From: Alphaproteobacteria bacterium
GTDB lineage: Bacteria; Pseudomonadota; Alphaproteobacteria; SP197
Reading direction: 5' to 3'
Length of the DNA: 64,000 nt
Assembly: GCA_964291415.2 (NCBI GenBank)
Contig: OZ219917.1
Span: forward strand, 320,001-384,000
Shown here: positions 1 to 10,313 of the stretch, piece by piece
Numbering within the stretch: position 1 is the stretch's first letter
How the letters are laid out: every line of letters starts with the position of its first letter
Notes under the pieces: generated by a model
What the model was told of the DNA's origin: nothing
What the model saw: the letters and a program-made list of their open reading frames with translations, nothing else
Database searches by the model: none
Program-made: the position numbers and the translations under genes

Positions 1-1546
1 CCGGAACGACCGCCACGTCCTGGTACTCCGAGCCCTGGGCCCGGTGGACGGTCATGGCGAAGACGCTTTCATGGTCGGGCAGGCGCGCCGGAGGAAAGGC
101 GAGCGCGTTGCCGGCGTCGTCGCGAAGTTGCGGAAAGAGCACCGTGCGCCGGCCGTCCCTGGCCGGGATGACGATGCCCGTGTCGCCGTTGGAGAGACCT
201 GTTGCAGGATCGTTGCGCGTGATGATCACGGGGCGGCCGACATAGAACCCGTCACGCTGCCGGGCGAGGCCACGGTTCCCCAGGCCCTCCTCGACTAGGC
301 GATTGAAGCGCGCCGATCCGAAGGGACCGCGACGGTGACCGCACAGGACCGCGAACCGGGAGAAGGGGTCGAACCCTTCGTCCGGAGCGGCGGTCATGCC
401 CTCAACGAGGGGGCCGTAGACATCGTCGGTCAACCGAACCGCGAGCCTCCTGAACTCTTCGGCATCGTCCAGCGGACGACGCGTGATGGTCGGCTCGCCG
501 GGATCGTCGAGTGCGGCGATGACGTCATCGGCGTCATTGCGCCTGATGGCCTCGGCAAGCCGCCCGATACCCCCCTTGGCATCGAAGCGCCAGTTGTGGC
601 TGAGTTCGACGATACGGGAATGAAGCGGCGATGAGCCTGAGGCGCCCGCGGCGACGAGATCGGCGAAGACGGAGCCCGGCTGCACCGACGCCAGCTGCAT
701 GGAATCTCCCAGAAGGACGAGCCGGGCGTCTTGCGGAAGCGTCTCCAGAACCTGGCCCATGAGGTTGATGTCCACCATGGACGCCTCGTCGACGACAAGC
801 AGGCGCGTCGGCTCCTCGCGCCAACGGCTGGCGTTGAGCCAGCGATGAAGGGTTCGTGCCTCGAGCACCGCCACGTCGGGACGCTCGGAGGCATCGCGGA
901 CCGCCTGCTGCAGACGCGCCGCCGCCTTGCCCGTCGGCGCTGTCAGCGCAATGCCTGCAGGCGACACCAGGCCGGCATCCAGAAGGACAGAGAGGATCCT
1001 GGCCACGATCGTGGTCTTGCCCGTGCCCGGACCGCCGGAAATGCAGCAGAATCTGCCGCCAAGGGCGATCGTCGCGGCCTTGCGCAGCTCCTCGGTGACC
1101 GCGCTCCGAGGAACATGCCGGTCCACCAGGGCGACGTGGGAGTCCGCCGTTGCCAAAGGCCCGGCGCATCGTTCGCGGATGCCGGCCGCAACCGCTTTCT
1201 CGAGTTCGAAGAGACGCTCCATGTAGAGCCGCGTGCCCTTGGCCAGGACCAGGGGCGCAGGGGCGGCGGATGTCGTCCGCCTGACGACGGGGCTGGCCTC
1301 GAGAGCGGCGATCCAGGCATCCCGGCCGGGCATGCGCAGGCCTTGTGGTCCCTCCCGGCCGGCAAGTTCCTCGATATCGAGGCACGTATGGCCTTGGCGG
1401 GTGGCGGCGCTCGCCAGGGCCGCGGCCAGCGCGACCGACGTATCGTCGTCGGGGGCCAGATCGGTCATGAGGGCGGCGAAATGCCGATCGATGGGCGCGA
1501 TGGCGTCCTCCCTCAGCAAGTCCTCGACGATCCCCGGCGCCTTCAC
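1..1546 (-). CDS. recD: Exodeoxyribonuclease V alpha subunit RecD (3' end runs off the window)
   Basis: Translated by hand from a GTG at 1546 that overlaps the recB stop (GTGA). Contains Walker A ISGGPGTGKTT, TAPTGKAAARL, VVDEASMVD, LLGDSMQLASV and FAMTVHRAQGSEY. Not in the ORF track because its stop lies outside the window. Confidence 0.93.
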   Translation of the reverse strand, partial: MKAPGIVEDLLREDAIAPIDRHFAALMTDLAPDDDTSVALAAALASAATRQGHTCLDIEELAGREGPQGLRMPGRDAWIAALEASPVVRRTTSAAPAPLVLAKGTRLYMERLFELEKAVAAGIRERCAGPLATADSHVALVDRHVPRSAVTEELRKAATIALGGRFCCISGGPGTGKTTIVARILSVLLDAGLVSPAGIALTAPTGKAAARLQQAVRDASERPDVAVLEARTLHRWLNASRWREEPTRLLVVDEASMVDINLMGQVLETLPQDARLVLLGDSMQLASVQPGSVFADLVAAGASGSSPLHSRIVELSHNWRFDAKGGIGRLAEAIRRNDADDVIAALDDPGEPTITRRPLDDAEEFRRLAVRLTDDVYGPLVEGMTAAPDEGFDPFSRFAVLCGHRRGPFGSARFNRLVEEGLGNRGLARQRDGFYVGRPVIITRNDPATGLSNGDTGIVIPARDGRRTVLFPQLRDDAGNALAFPPARLPDHESVFAMTVHRAQGSEYQDVAVVP

Positions 1547-4500
1547 GACGCGTCACCCCTGAAGCAGGCGTCGAGATCACGGATGCAGGCATGAGTCGGC
1601 CGATCGAACCACACGCCGCGGCTCATGCCGGCTTCGGGGTCCATCCCTCTCAGAAACAGGTAGAAGGCGCCGCCGACGTGGCGTTCGTAGTCGTAGTCCG
1701 TGATCCTCGTCGCCAGATAGCGATCGAGGGCGACCAGGTAGAGCAGGTACTGGAAGGTGTAGCCGCTCCTGTGCATGGCAGGATCAAGCCGCGCCGAAGC
1801 GTAGTCGCCCGCCCTGTTGCCGAGCCAGTTCGACTTGTAGTCGAGAACGTACCAGCGATCGTTCCGGGCAATCACCAGGTCGATGAATCCCCTGAGATAG
1901 CCCCTGATCGGCTGCGCGCTGGCCGACGACGGGATCGGATCGGGGTAACCGTGGCGCGTCAGACACTCGGAGATGCAGCGTCTGCGCAACCGGTCGGCCG
2001 GAAAGCTGAACTCCAGTTCCGGCAGCCTCTTCAGGGGGTCGGCCAGGCAGAAGCCCTCGTGTCCCGGCTCCTCGAGATGCGTGGCCCGTGCGTTGACGAC
2101 CACGGTGCGCGCCACGTCGGTCCAGGACAAATCGATGCCGTAGTGGCGCAGCTGCCGGCGGCAGATTGCGTCGAGGTCGTCTTCAGGTCTGAGATCCATG
2201 GCTTCGAGAATGCCGTGGAAGCATCGGCCGGCGGTGGCGCCCCGGGGAAAGGTGAAGCGTGACGGGCCATCGCATGGCGCCTCGCCTGAGTCGTCGGGCG
2301 GCGTGTCCCGGTCGTCATCGTGGTCGGGACGCCCGACCAGGCGGCCTCCCGGACCGTGATCGGCGCTGAGAGCCGAGAAGCTGGTGATGTGGCGGATGTT
2401 CTCCAGCTTCCTGGTGAACCGCCTTGCTTCGAGGACCGGGGTGATCTGCGGTGCAGGTACCGGTTCGGGAGCGTTCCCGCTCTCCGGGCCCGGTCCGACA
2501 GTTCCTTCGGATCTCTCGAAGATCCTTGCAATCTGCTGGCGCCATGCGTCGTCAGACAGATCCTTGAACGATGTCTTGACCCTCGCATAAAGGCCCCCGA
2601 CAGCGAGCGGGACCGCCCACTTTTCGCTTGTGTTCGTCGTCTTCGGTGCCACGTACCCGTCGCTCAGCGGCTCCTGGTGAAGCAGCCAAGAAAGCGGGGA
2701 TATCTCCTTCGTGCTGGAGAGCCGTGCTGTAGCCACCACGCAGCGCTCCCTTGCCCGTGTCAGAGCGACATAAAGCAGACGCACTTCCTCCATGAAGCTC
2801 TCGACAAGTTCGGCGTTGCGGTCACCGGCGCCGGGGTCGAGATTGAGGACCACCGGATAGGACGTTGCGTTCCCGTCGTCCCTTTCAAGGTGGCAGGTCG
2901 CCGTGTCGCCGCGCGATGCCTGGACACTCGGGACATCCCACGTGAAGGGACAGAAGACGATCGGGAACTCGAGACCCTTGCTGGAGTGAATCGTCATGAT
3001 TCGCACAAGGTCCTCGTCGCTCTCGAGGCGCAGCAGTGCCGCCTCGTCCCGTTGGGCCGTCTCGCTCAGCTGCCGGCTGAACCAGGTGGCGACGCCCGCA
3101 GGTCCGAGGCGCAGGTCTGCCTCGGCGTCCTGCAGGACATCGATGAGGTGATGCACGTTGCTCAAGCGCCGGGGGGCATTGCCATAGGCCGTCAGGCTGT
3201 CCCCGGACGCGAGGATGCGATGGAGTGCCGTCCCTATTCCCCGCTCCCGCCAGATGCGGCGCCAGCCGGCTATCTCTTCCTGCCACCGGTTCCAGGTGGC
3301 GTCATCATCCTTGATCGCCAGGAGTTCCCGGTTGTCGAGACCGAAGATGTCGCCGGACAGCATGGCGCGTTCCCGCGTGGTCCGGCCCGGCTCGGCCAGG
3401 GCCCACAGCACCCTTTCCAGCTGTTCGGCCTCGCGCGTCTCGAAGACGCTCGTGTCGTCGATTTCGACACATCCGACACCCCTGTGTCGCAGGTCCATGG
3501 CGATGTCACGTCCCTGGCTGCGCTTGCGAACGAGCACCGCGATGTCGGACCCCTTCAGGGGTTGGCCCTCAATGCGGGCGTCGCCCCTTCCTGCCGCACG
3601 GAGCAGTGTGCGGATCTCGCTGCCGGTCCGGTCGACGGACCGCCGCATCGCGGTCGACTTCGTGATGCCACCACCGAGATTCCACACCCTGAGCGGCGGA
3701 CCCCTGTCACCCTTCACCTCGAGAACCGGCGTCTCGTCACGCCCCGGCACGGCCGGACTGAATGCAATGCTGTCGATCAGGAACGGGGCCCGGGTGTCAA
3801 AGAGATGATTGACGCCCCTCACGAGAGACGGAGCCGACCGCCAGTTCTTCCTGAGGGCGAGGGTGTTCCGGGCGCGCTTCTTTGCTTCCAGGTATGAGAA
3901 GACGTCGGCGCCGCGGAACCAGTAGATGGACTGCTTGGGGTCACCGACGATGAAGAGAGCGGGAGGGGTTCCCGGCACCTTCAGCGGCGGGTCGTAGACA
4001 CGTGTGAAGATCCTGGTCTGCAGCGGATCGGTGTCCTGATACTCGTCGATCAGGGCCACCGGGTAGCGTTCACGCAAGCCGCGGGCGAGCGCCATGCCGT
4101 TGCGCCCTTCCAGGGCGCCATGGAGTTCGTTCAGCAGGTCCTCGTAGCCCATGCGCCTGTTCTGGCGTACCAGCTTCGGACGCAGGCTCCGCACCTTTTC
4201 CAGAATGTCGTTCCTGATGTGCCGGACGGCATCGGCATAGGCGGAACGAACCTTCTCACCGGCCACTTCGAGGCGCTCGAAGGCATCGATGAGCGGGTTG
4301 TCGGGAAGCACCTGGTTCTTCAGCAGGGCGCGCTCGAGCCGGGTTCTGCCGAACCGGCCGGCGCGGCCGGTCTCCCACAGCCTGTCATCGTCACCATCGT
4401 TGAGGGCGTCCTCGATGAACTTGAGCCGCTCCAGCGACTTCTTCTCAGGGTAGGATGACTTGCTGAGAACGTGCCGTTGCCACAACGCCTCCTTGAAAGC

Positions 4501-5205
4501 GTCGCCATGGTCTTCCCACAACGTGCGGAGATTCGCCAAGCCCGCCTTCCAGGCCGCCTCGATCTCCCGGGCCGACGGCGCGGTCTTCGGGACGCCGTGG
4601 ACTTCAAGGCCGGGCTGCAGGGGCACGCCCGCCGCCCATGCGGCCAGCGACTCTGGCGAGACTTTCTTGTCGTTCATGTACCGGGCCAGGCCGGGCGTGA
4701 AGGTGACCACGCTCTTCTGCCAGACGTCGTGCGTGGCGCGTGTCACGCATGTATCGAGGCTTCCCGTGATCTCGCAGTGGAATGGCAGACCGCATTCGAA
4801 CGAGAATTCGGCGAGCAGGCGCGCGCAGATGCCGTGAATGGTGTGAATGTTGGCCCGGTCGATGTCATGGATCGCCAGATCAAGGCGGCGCGCGGCCACC
4901 GGAGCATCGATGCCCGTCTTCTTCCAGTGTTCGACGAGTTCGCGCGCCTGGTCATCCCCTTCATCGGGCGACAGCACGGCGCGCCAGGTCGATTTCAGGG
5001 TCCGGCGGATCCGCTCCTTCAGTTCGGCCGTGGCGGCGCGCGTGTAGGTGACGATGAGCAGACCGTCGAGTTCAAGGCCGCGCTCGACAACCAGGCGCGC
5101 CACCAGCGTCGTGATGGCCCTCGTCTTGCCGGATCCGGCACTCGCCTCGATGAGCGTCAGACCGGCGCAATCGAGGGGGACGTCGAGCGGCGTGGACATG
5201 CTCAT
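1543..5205 (-). CDS. recB: Exodeoxyribonuclease V beta subunit RecB
   Basis: 1220 aa. LIEASAGSGKT, ALIDEYQDTD, VGDPKQSIY, MTIHSSKGLEFP, RLLYVALTRAR, and a C-terminal nuclease GFIDLV...VLDYKSN. Confidence 0.96.
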   Translation of the reverse strand: MSMSTPLDVPLDCAGLTLIEASAGSGKTRAITTLVARLVVERGLELDGLLIVTYTRAATAELKERIRRTLKSTWRAVLSPDEGDDQARELVEHWKKTGIDAPVAARRLDLAIHDIDRANIHTIHGICARLLAEFSFECGLPFHCEITGSLDTCVTRATHDVWQKSVVTFTPGLARYMNDKKVSPESLAAWAAGVPLQPGLEVHGVPKTAPSAREIEAAWKAGLANLRTLWEDHGDAFKEALWQRHVLSKSSYPEKKSLERLKFIEDALNDGDDDRLWETGRAGRFGRTRLERALLKNQVLPDNPLIDAFERLEVAGEKVRSAYADAVRHIRNDILEKVRSLRPKLVRQNRRMGYEDLLNELHGALEGRNGMALARGLRERYPVALIDEYQDTDPLQTRIFTRVYDPPLKVPGTPPALFIVGDPKQSIYWFRGADVFSYLEAKKRARNTLALRKNWRSAPSLVRGVNHLFDTRAPFLIDSIAFSPAVPGRDETPVLEVKGDRGPPLRVWNLGGGITKSTAMRRSVDRTGSEIRTLLRAAGRGDARIEGQPLKGSDIAVLVRKRSQGRDIAMDLRHRGVGCVEIDDTSVFETREAEQLERVLWALAEPGRTTRERAMLSGDIFGLDNRELLAIKDDDATWNRWQEEIAGWRRIWRERGIGTALHRILASGDSLTAYGNAPRRLSNVHHLIDVLQDAEADLRLGPAGVATWFSRQLSETAQRDEAALLRLESDEDLVRIMTIHSSKGLEFPIVFCPFTWDVPSVQASRGDTATCHLERDDGNATSYPVVLNLDPGAGDRNAELVESFMEEVRLLYVALTRARERCVVATARLSSTKEISPLSWLLHQEPLSDGYVAPKTTNTSEKWAVPLAVGGLYARVKTSFKDLSDDAWRQQIARIFERSEGTVGPGPESGNAPEPVPAPQITPVLEARRFTRKLENIRHITSFSALSADHGPGGRLVGRPDHDDDRDTPPDDSGEAPCDGPSRFTFPRGATAGRCFHGILEAMDLRPEDDLDAICRRQLRHYGIDLSWTDVARTVVVNARATHLEEPGHEGFCLADPLKRLPELEFSFPADRLRRRCISECLTRHGYPDPIPSSASAQPIRGYLRGFIDLVIARNDRWYVLDYKSNWLGNRAGDYASARLDPAMHRSGYTFQYLLYLVALDRYLATRITDYDYERHVGGAFYLFLRGMDPEAGMSRGVWFDRPTHACIRDLDACFRGDAS

Positions 5206-8200
5206 TCCCGGGCCAGGGGCATCAACAGATCCACCCAGTCCGCAAAGCCGAGATCCATGGGATGATGCCTGTCCCAGACAAGGGAAAACTCGGGCCTGCT
5301 GCCCTCGCCCGGGCCTTGGAAACCGCCCAACCAGGCTCTGTCGACGGCACTGCGAATCGCGTCGCTGTCGGGACCTTCGGCCTTCGCGCCGTCCCTTGCC
5401 TTCCTTGCAGCCCAGTCGAAGGATGTCTGCGGTGCGAAGGGGAGCGGGGACTTCAACCCTTCCCGGTAGGCGGCGAGCCAGGGATCGAGGCTCTCCTCTG
5501 CGGGCGCGGCCAGCACACTCGTCACCCAGGCGCCGCCCTCCCGGTAGATCGCGGTCGCTGTCGGCGCCGGGTGTCCTTCAGCCACCAGGGCAAGCTGGTG
5601 CAGGTGGATGGCGATCCGATCGATGGCCCGGAGTCTTCCCGGGCGCCACCACACGAGACCCTCCGGGCCCGTGTGCGGAACGGATCCGATCACGCGGCAG
5701 CCCGCGACCTCGACGTCGATGAGGGTGGGAGCGGACCCGATGGTCTCCCGGAAAGGCGCGAGAAGGTCCACCAGCTCATGTGTGCGCTCGACTTCGTCGC
5801 CAATCAGGACGGCACCCGGTTCGCCGGGCGGAAGTCTGCCGGACGCGATCATCAGGTCTTCGATATCCGCGCACGGCATGCCGGCAAGGCGCATCCCGGC
5901 GACGTCGGCGCGCAACTGGTAGGACTGCAGGGCGTCCAGGGAGAATCGATCCTCCTCCTCGAGTGCGATGTCCGTGCGGGCAAGGCGGATTCCCAGCCGG
6001 TCGCCGAGAAAGGCGCGGGCGGGATTGGCAAAGAACCGCTCCAGCTGAGCGAGACCGACGGTCAAGGGCTCGTCGTCCGGCAGGACCAGCGGCGACAGGA
6101 AGCGACCGGGATCCTTGTTCTGATCACCCGCCTGCGTGAGGGCACGGGCCACATTGCACATGGGGCCTGCATAGCTGAAGGAAACACTGTCCGCGCGAAA
6201 GTAGCGCGAGTCGAAGGGCTGCAGGGGATGATCGGTCCTGAAGACGCCGTCCGGAAAACGTTCGGCCAGATAGTCGGCGAGTTCATCGATCACGACGCTG
6301 GGCGGGATCGGTGCGTCATCCCTGATCCCGCGTCCGGTGTAGGTCACGATGAACCCGGTACCGGCCGCCAGCAGCGCCTCGATCACGGAGAAGCGGTCCT
6401 CGTAGCGGCTGTCCCTGTCCCCTCTCTGACGCGGGCTGTTGGCCACCAGATCGAAGGTCGAGGGGCGCGGCGTGGCGGGAAAGACATCGCCGTTCATCCC
6501 CACCAGGCACACGATGCGTGACGGCAGGGGCTGTCCCTCGGCGAGCCGGCTCACGGTGACGCCGTCACCCAGCCAGGCCGAGCCCGCGGAGGGCGCGTTC
6601 GCGAGGCTGTCAAGGACATCGCGGACGACCTCGAAGGCCAGGGGTGCGCTGCCCCGGATCGCCTGGTCCTCGAACTGCCTGACGGTTCCGCGCAGGGCAT
6701 CGACCTCATCCGCCTCTTCCGTCAGGAGCCTGCCGGCCGGAGGAAGGAAGAAACCATCGATCATGTCGTGAAGGGCAAGAACCCAGTCGGCCGCCCCGCG
6801 TTCCGCTCCCAGACTGCCGCGCAGGCTGAAGACGGCCTCGCAGTAGGAGACGAAGCGACCCAGGATCTGGTACTCGCTTTCCGTGGCGAACCGAAAGCTC
6901 CCGCTCTCCAGCCGGCAGGGTGCGACGCCGTGAATGGTGTGGCGGACATCCGCCACCGCATACCCCAGAAGAAGGCGGCGCAGGCCCTCGTACCATGTAT
7001 TGCGGGATCGAGGGTCCTGGCCCTCATGCTCGCGGTGATCGGCATCGACCCCCCAGCGAATCGCCGCGGCATGCACCCAGCGGCGAATGTCGACCAGGCT
7101 TTCCTCGTCGATGCCGAAACACCGGCAGACCAGCGGCGCATCGAGAGGCGCCATCATTTCCTCGGCGCCGCATCGCGAGCGTACCAGGTGCAGCAGATCG
7201 AAGAAGGCCCGCAGCGAGGCGGCCTCGACGGTTCGCCCGCGCGAGAGCGTCACCGGAATCTGTCCCCGCGACTCGAAAACCGACGAGATCGCGGGTTCGT
7301 AGCGTGCGGGATCGGGTGTGAGGATGTGCACGTCCGCCGGCTGAATGTCCGGGTTCTTCTCGAAGAGGTCGAGAAGACAGTCGTGGAGAACCTCGGCCTC
7401 GCGCGTGGCGGAGTGGCAGGAGTGGATCTGCAGCGACCCGTCCGCCGGCACATCCTCTGCCCTTTTTTCCCGGGCAAGCTTCAGATCGAGAATGTCGCGC
7501 TGGATATCCGCCAGGCAGTGGCGTCCTTCGGGTTCGACGAAGTGGTCGAAATCCCGCGCATCCTCCATGTCGACGAGGGTATCGAAGGTGTCGCGCCCGA
7601 TGCGTCCCCAGGCTGCCAGAAGCTCGTTTCCCTCGGTGATGTGAAGCTCTGCGGGATCGTCGTCCCCGGAGCGCACCACGGTCTCGAAGCGGGTGAAGAT
7701 GTCGCCCCAGTACTGCCTGCAGGGATTGATGAGGCAGTAGTGGACCTCCACCCTGGAGGCAATGCGGCGGAGCAGGTCGAGATAGGACGGTGAAAGCGCC
7801 GGAACGGCGAAGAATGTCACGCGCGCGGGCCATCGGCCGGGAACGGCGCCGCCATCGATGGCGGCATGGAAGCGATCGAGGGCATTGACCCAGTGCCCCT
7901 TGCCGACGATGGCCACCAGGTCCTGCCACAATCGAGCCTGCCAGTGCGGTGACGCGCCCGCTTCCCATTCCCGGATCCACTGCGGCCGGTAGAGCAGGCA
8001 CCGGTCGAACATCCGGGCGAGCTCGCCGGAGAGATCAAATCGCTTGCATGGGTCCCCGTCCTCCAGGTAGCGCCTGACCGGTGCGGCGACGGGCTTCTTC
8101 GCGAACCCGGGCAGCATGTCGAACAGGTGCCACCTCAGGTTGTCCGGTGCAAAGGGCTGCGCCTCGGGCAGATCGGGGACCACATCACGCATCATCGACC

Positions 8201-8426
8201 AGGCAAACTGTGCCGGCAGTTCAAAGCGGTAGTTCGCCGCGATTCCGTTGGCACGGGCCAGCTCCAGGGTGAGCCAGCGCCACATGGTCGGATGCGACAC
8301 CACCACTCTCTCGGCAACGATGGGATCGGCCGGATACTGCCGCACACGCGCCGCGACATCGCCGGCGAGTGCCTCGAGACTGTTGGAATGGTGAATCTGC
8401 ACTTGTCGGTTCGCACCCGGAGACAT
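5202..8426 (-). CDS. recC: Exodeoxyribonuclease V gamma subunit RecC
   Basis: About 1075 aa. HHSNSLE N-terminus, NPCRQYWGDI, NELLAAWGRIGRD, QIHSCHSATREAEVLHD, HPLQPF, RFFANPARAFL. Its stop overlaps the recB start. Confidence 0.95.
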   Translation of the reverse strand: MSPGANRQVQIHHSNSLEALAGDVAARVRQYPADPIVAERVVVSHPTMWRWLTLELARANGIAANYRFELPAQFAWSMMRDVVPDLPEAQPFAPDNLRWHLFDMLPGFAKKPVAAPVRRYLEDGDPCKRFDLSGELARMFDRCLLYRPQWIREWEAGASPHWQARLWQDLVAIVGKGHWVNALDRFHAAIDGGAVPGRWPARVTFFAVPALSPSYLDLLRRIASRVEVHYCLINPCRQYWGDIFTRFETVVRSGDDDPAELHITEGNELLAAWGRIGRDTFDTLVDMEDARDFDHFVEPEGRHCLADIQRDILDLKLAREKRAEDVPADGSLQIHSCHSATREAEVLHDCLLDLFEKNPDIQPADVHILTPDPARYEPAISSVFESRGQIPVTLSRGRTVEAASLRAFFDLLHLVRSRCGAEEMMAPLDAPLVCRCFGIDEESLVDIRRWVHAAAIRWGVDADHREHEGQDPRSRNTWYEGLRRLLLGYAVADVRHTIHGVAPCRLESGSFRFATESEYQILGRFVSYCEAVFSLRGSLGAERGAADWVLALHDMIDGFFLPPAGRLLTEEADEVDALRGTVRQFEDQAIRGSAPLAFEVVRDVLDSLANAPSAGSAWLGDGVTVSRLAEGQPLPSRIVCLVGMNGDVFPATPRPSTFDLVANSPRQRGDRDSRYEDRFSVIEALLAAGTGFIVTYTGRGIRDDAPIPPSVVIDELADYLAERFPDGVFRTDHPLQPFDSRYFRADSVSFSYAGPMCNVARALTQAGDQNKDPGRFLSPLVLPDDEPLTVGLAQLERFFANPARAFLGDRLGIRLARTDIALEEEDRFSLDALQSYQLRADVAGMRLAGMPCADIEDLMIASGRLPPGEPGAVLIGDEVERTHELVDLLAPFRETIGSAPTLIDVEVAGCRVIGSVPHTGPEGLVWWRPGRLRAIDRIAIHLHQLALVAEGHPAPTATAIYREGGAWVTSVLAAPAEESLDPWLAAYREGLKSPLPFAPQTSFDWAARKARDGAKAEGPDSDAIRSAVDRAWLGGFQGPGEGSRPEFSLVWDRHHPMDLGFADWVDLLMPLARE

Positions 8427-8518
8427 CGCCGCCCTCACGGGTTATGTGGCGTGGTGGCATACCGGTCAAGGGCATCCCGGGGCTTGTTGCCGGCTTCCAA
8501 TGCCACTATGTGATCGCC

Positions 8519-9382
8519 ATGGTCCTCCGGTCCTGGCGCAGCAAACCACCCCTGAAGTGGCTTCCCCTTGTCGGCTTGTCCGGCAAACGCCCGGTGGTCA
8601 ACGTCCTCAGGCTCGAGGGGACGATCATGGCGTCCTCGCGCTTCAGGCGTGGCCTCAACCTGGCGGGCCTGGAGCCCTTGATTGACCGTGCCTTCTCGGC
8701 CGGCCGGCCGGCTGCCGTCGCCCTCGCCATCAATTCTCCGGGCGGCTCACCGGTGCAGTCGGCGCTCATTGCGGCAAGGATCCGGACACTGGCCGACGAG
8801 AAGAAGCTTCCTGTTATCGCCTTTGCCGAGGATGTCGCCGCGTCCGGCGGCTACTGGCTTGCCTGCGCCGCAGACGAGATCTATGCCGACCACAGTTCGA
8901 TCATCGGCTCGATCGGCGTGATCCATGCCGGGTTCGGCCTGCACGGCTTCCTCGAGAATCATGGCATCGAGCGCCGTCTCCACACCGCCGGCGACCGCAA
9001 GGCAATGCTCGATCCCTTCGTTCCTGAATCCGAACAGGACGTCAAGAGGCTGTCGTCCCTGCTGAAGGAACTTCACGTCACCTTCAGGAATCACGTGCGC
9101 GAACGCCGGGGAGACCGTCTGAAGTCGAGCGCCAGAACGCTGTTCTCAGGCGAGTTCTGGACCGGGGACCGGGCTCTGGCCATGGGTCTCGTGGATGGCA
9201 TCGGTGACTGTCGCACCGTCATGCGCGAGCGCTTTGGCGACAAGGTCCGGTTCAGAACCATTGCCAGGCGCCAGCCCCTGGGCGGTCTCGTCGGACGCAG
9301 CATCGTATCGACCGACGGGCTGGCGGATGACCTCGTGGGCGCCGTGGAGGAACGGCTCCTCTGGCAGCGCTACGGTCTTTGA
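8519..9382 (+). CDS. S49 family peptidase (SppA/SohB-like)
   Basis: INSPGGSPVQS, DVAASGGYWLA, SIIGSIGVI; ends with alphaproteobacterial-type WQRYGL. Start chosen at ATG 8519. Confidence 0.9.
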   Translation: MVLRSWRSKPPLKWLPLVGLSGKRPVVNVLRLEGTIMASSRFRRGLNLAGLEPLIDRAFSAGRPAAVALAINSPGGSPVQSALIAARIRTLADEKKLPVIAFAEDVAASGGYWLACAADEIYADHSSIIGSIGVIHAGFGLHGFLENHGIERRLHTAGDRKAMLDPFVPESEQDVKRLSSLLKELHVTFRNHVRERRGDRLKSSARTLFSGEFWTGDRALAMGLVDGIGDCRTVMRERFGDKVRFRTIARRQPLGGLVGRSIVSTDGLADDLVGAVEERLLWQRYGL

Positions 9383-9385
9383 GGG

Positions 9386-10291
9386 ATGTCCGTTCCCTTC
9401 ATCCAGGAACCCGACGTGGTGCGGGGCATGGCCACCCGGGTCTCGCCCCTGGTGCGTCGCATCGTCGCCGACAATCCCTCCGTCTTCACCTACCATGGCA
9501 CCGGCACGTTCATCGTCGGCCACGGTGAGGTGGCGGTGATCGACGCCGGTCCGGCGCTGGAGCGCCATGTCGAGGCCATTCTCGACGCCACCCGGGGCGA
9601 GACCATCACGCACCAGTTCATCACGCACACCCACAGCGATCATTCGCCCGCCGCACGGCTCCTCAAGGAGGCGGTTGGCGCCGAAACCTGGGCCTATGGC
9701 CCGGCCACCGGAGGCGATGACGGCATGACGCCCGTGGACGAAAGCGAGGATCACGCCTTCGCGCCCGATCACCTGCTCCGCCACGGCGATCGAATCTCAG
9801 GACGGGGATGGACCATCGAGGCCGTGCACACGCCCGGTCACGCCTCCAACCACATGTGCTATGCCCTGGCCGAGGAGATGACGCTCTTCTCGGGCGATCA
9901 CGTCATGGGCTGGTCGACAACCGTCGTGTCGCCTCCCGACGGCGACATGTCGGCCTATTTCGACAGCCTCGAGCGTGTCCTCGAACGCGGCGATGCCATC
10001 CTCAGGCCCACCCACGGCGCCGCCATCACCGATCCGGCGACCTTTGTCCGTGCCCTCATCGACCATCGCAGGATGCGCGACCGGCAGATCATCGCCTGCC
10101 TCGATGACGGGATCGGGACCATTCCGGCCATGGTCGAGACACTCTACGCCACCACCGACCGCCGCCTCTTTCCGGCGGCCCGGCGCTCCGTTCTGGCCCA
10201 CATCATCCGTCTCGTTCACCAGGGACTGATCGAAGCAGACGGCACGCCGGACGAACGGACACGTTACCGCCTCAACACAGCACGACAGTAA
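9386..10291 (+). CDS. MBL-fold metallo-hydrolase with C-terminal winged helix (LACTB2-like)
   Basis: THTHSDHS, HTPGHASNH, FSGDHVMGWSTTVV, PTHG. Confidence 0.9.
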   Translation: MSVPFIQEPDVVRGMATRVSPLVRRIVADNPSVFTYHGTGTFIVGHGEVAVIDAGPALERHVEAILDATRGETITHQFITHTHSDHSPAARLLKEAVGAETWAYGPATGGDDGMTPVDESEDHAFAPDHLLRHGDRISGRGWTIEAVHTPGHASNHMCYALAEEMTLFSGDHVMGWSTTVVSPPDGDMSAYFDSLERVLERGDAILRPTHGAAITDPATFVRALIDHRRMRDRQIIACLDDGIGTIPAMVETLYATTDRRLFPAARRSVLAHIIRLVHQGLIEADGTPDERTRYRLNTARQ

Positions 10292-10313
10292 TGCCCCAGG
10301 GAGACCTTGAACC

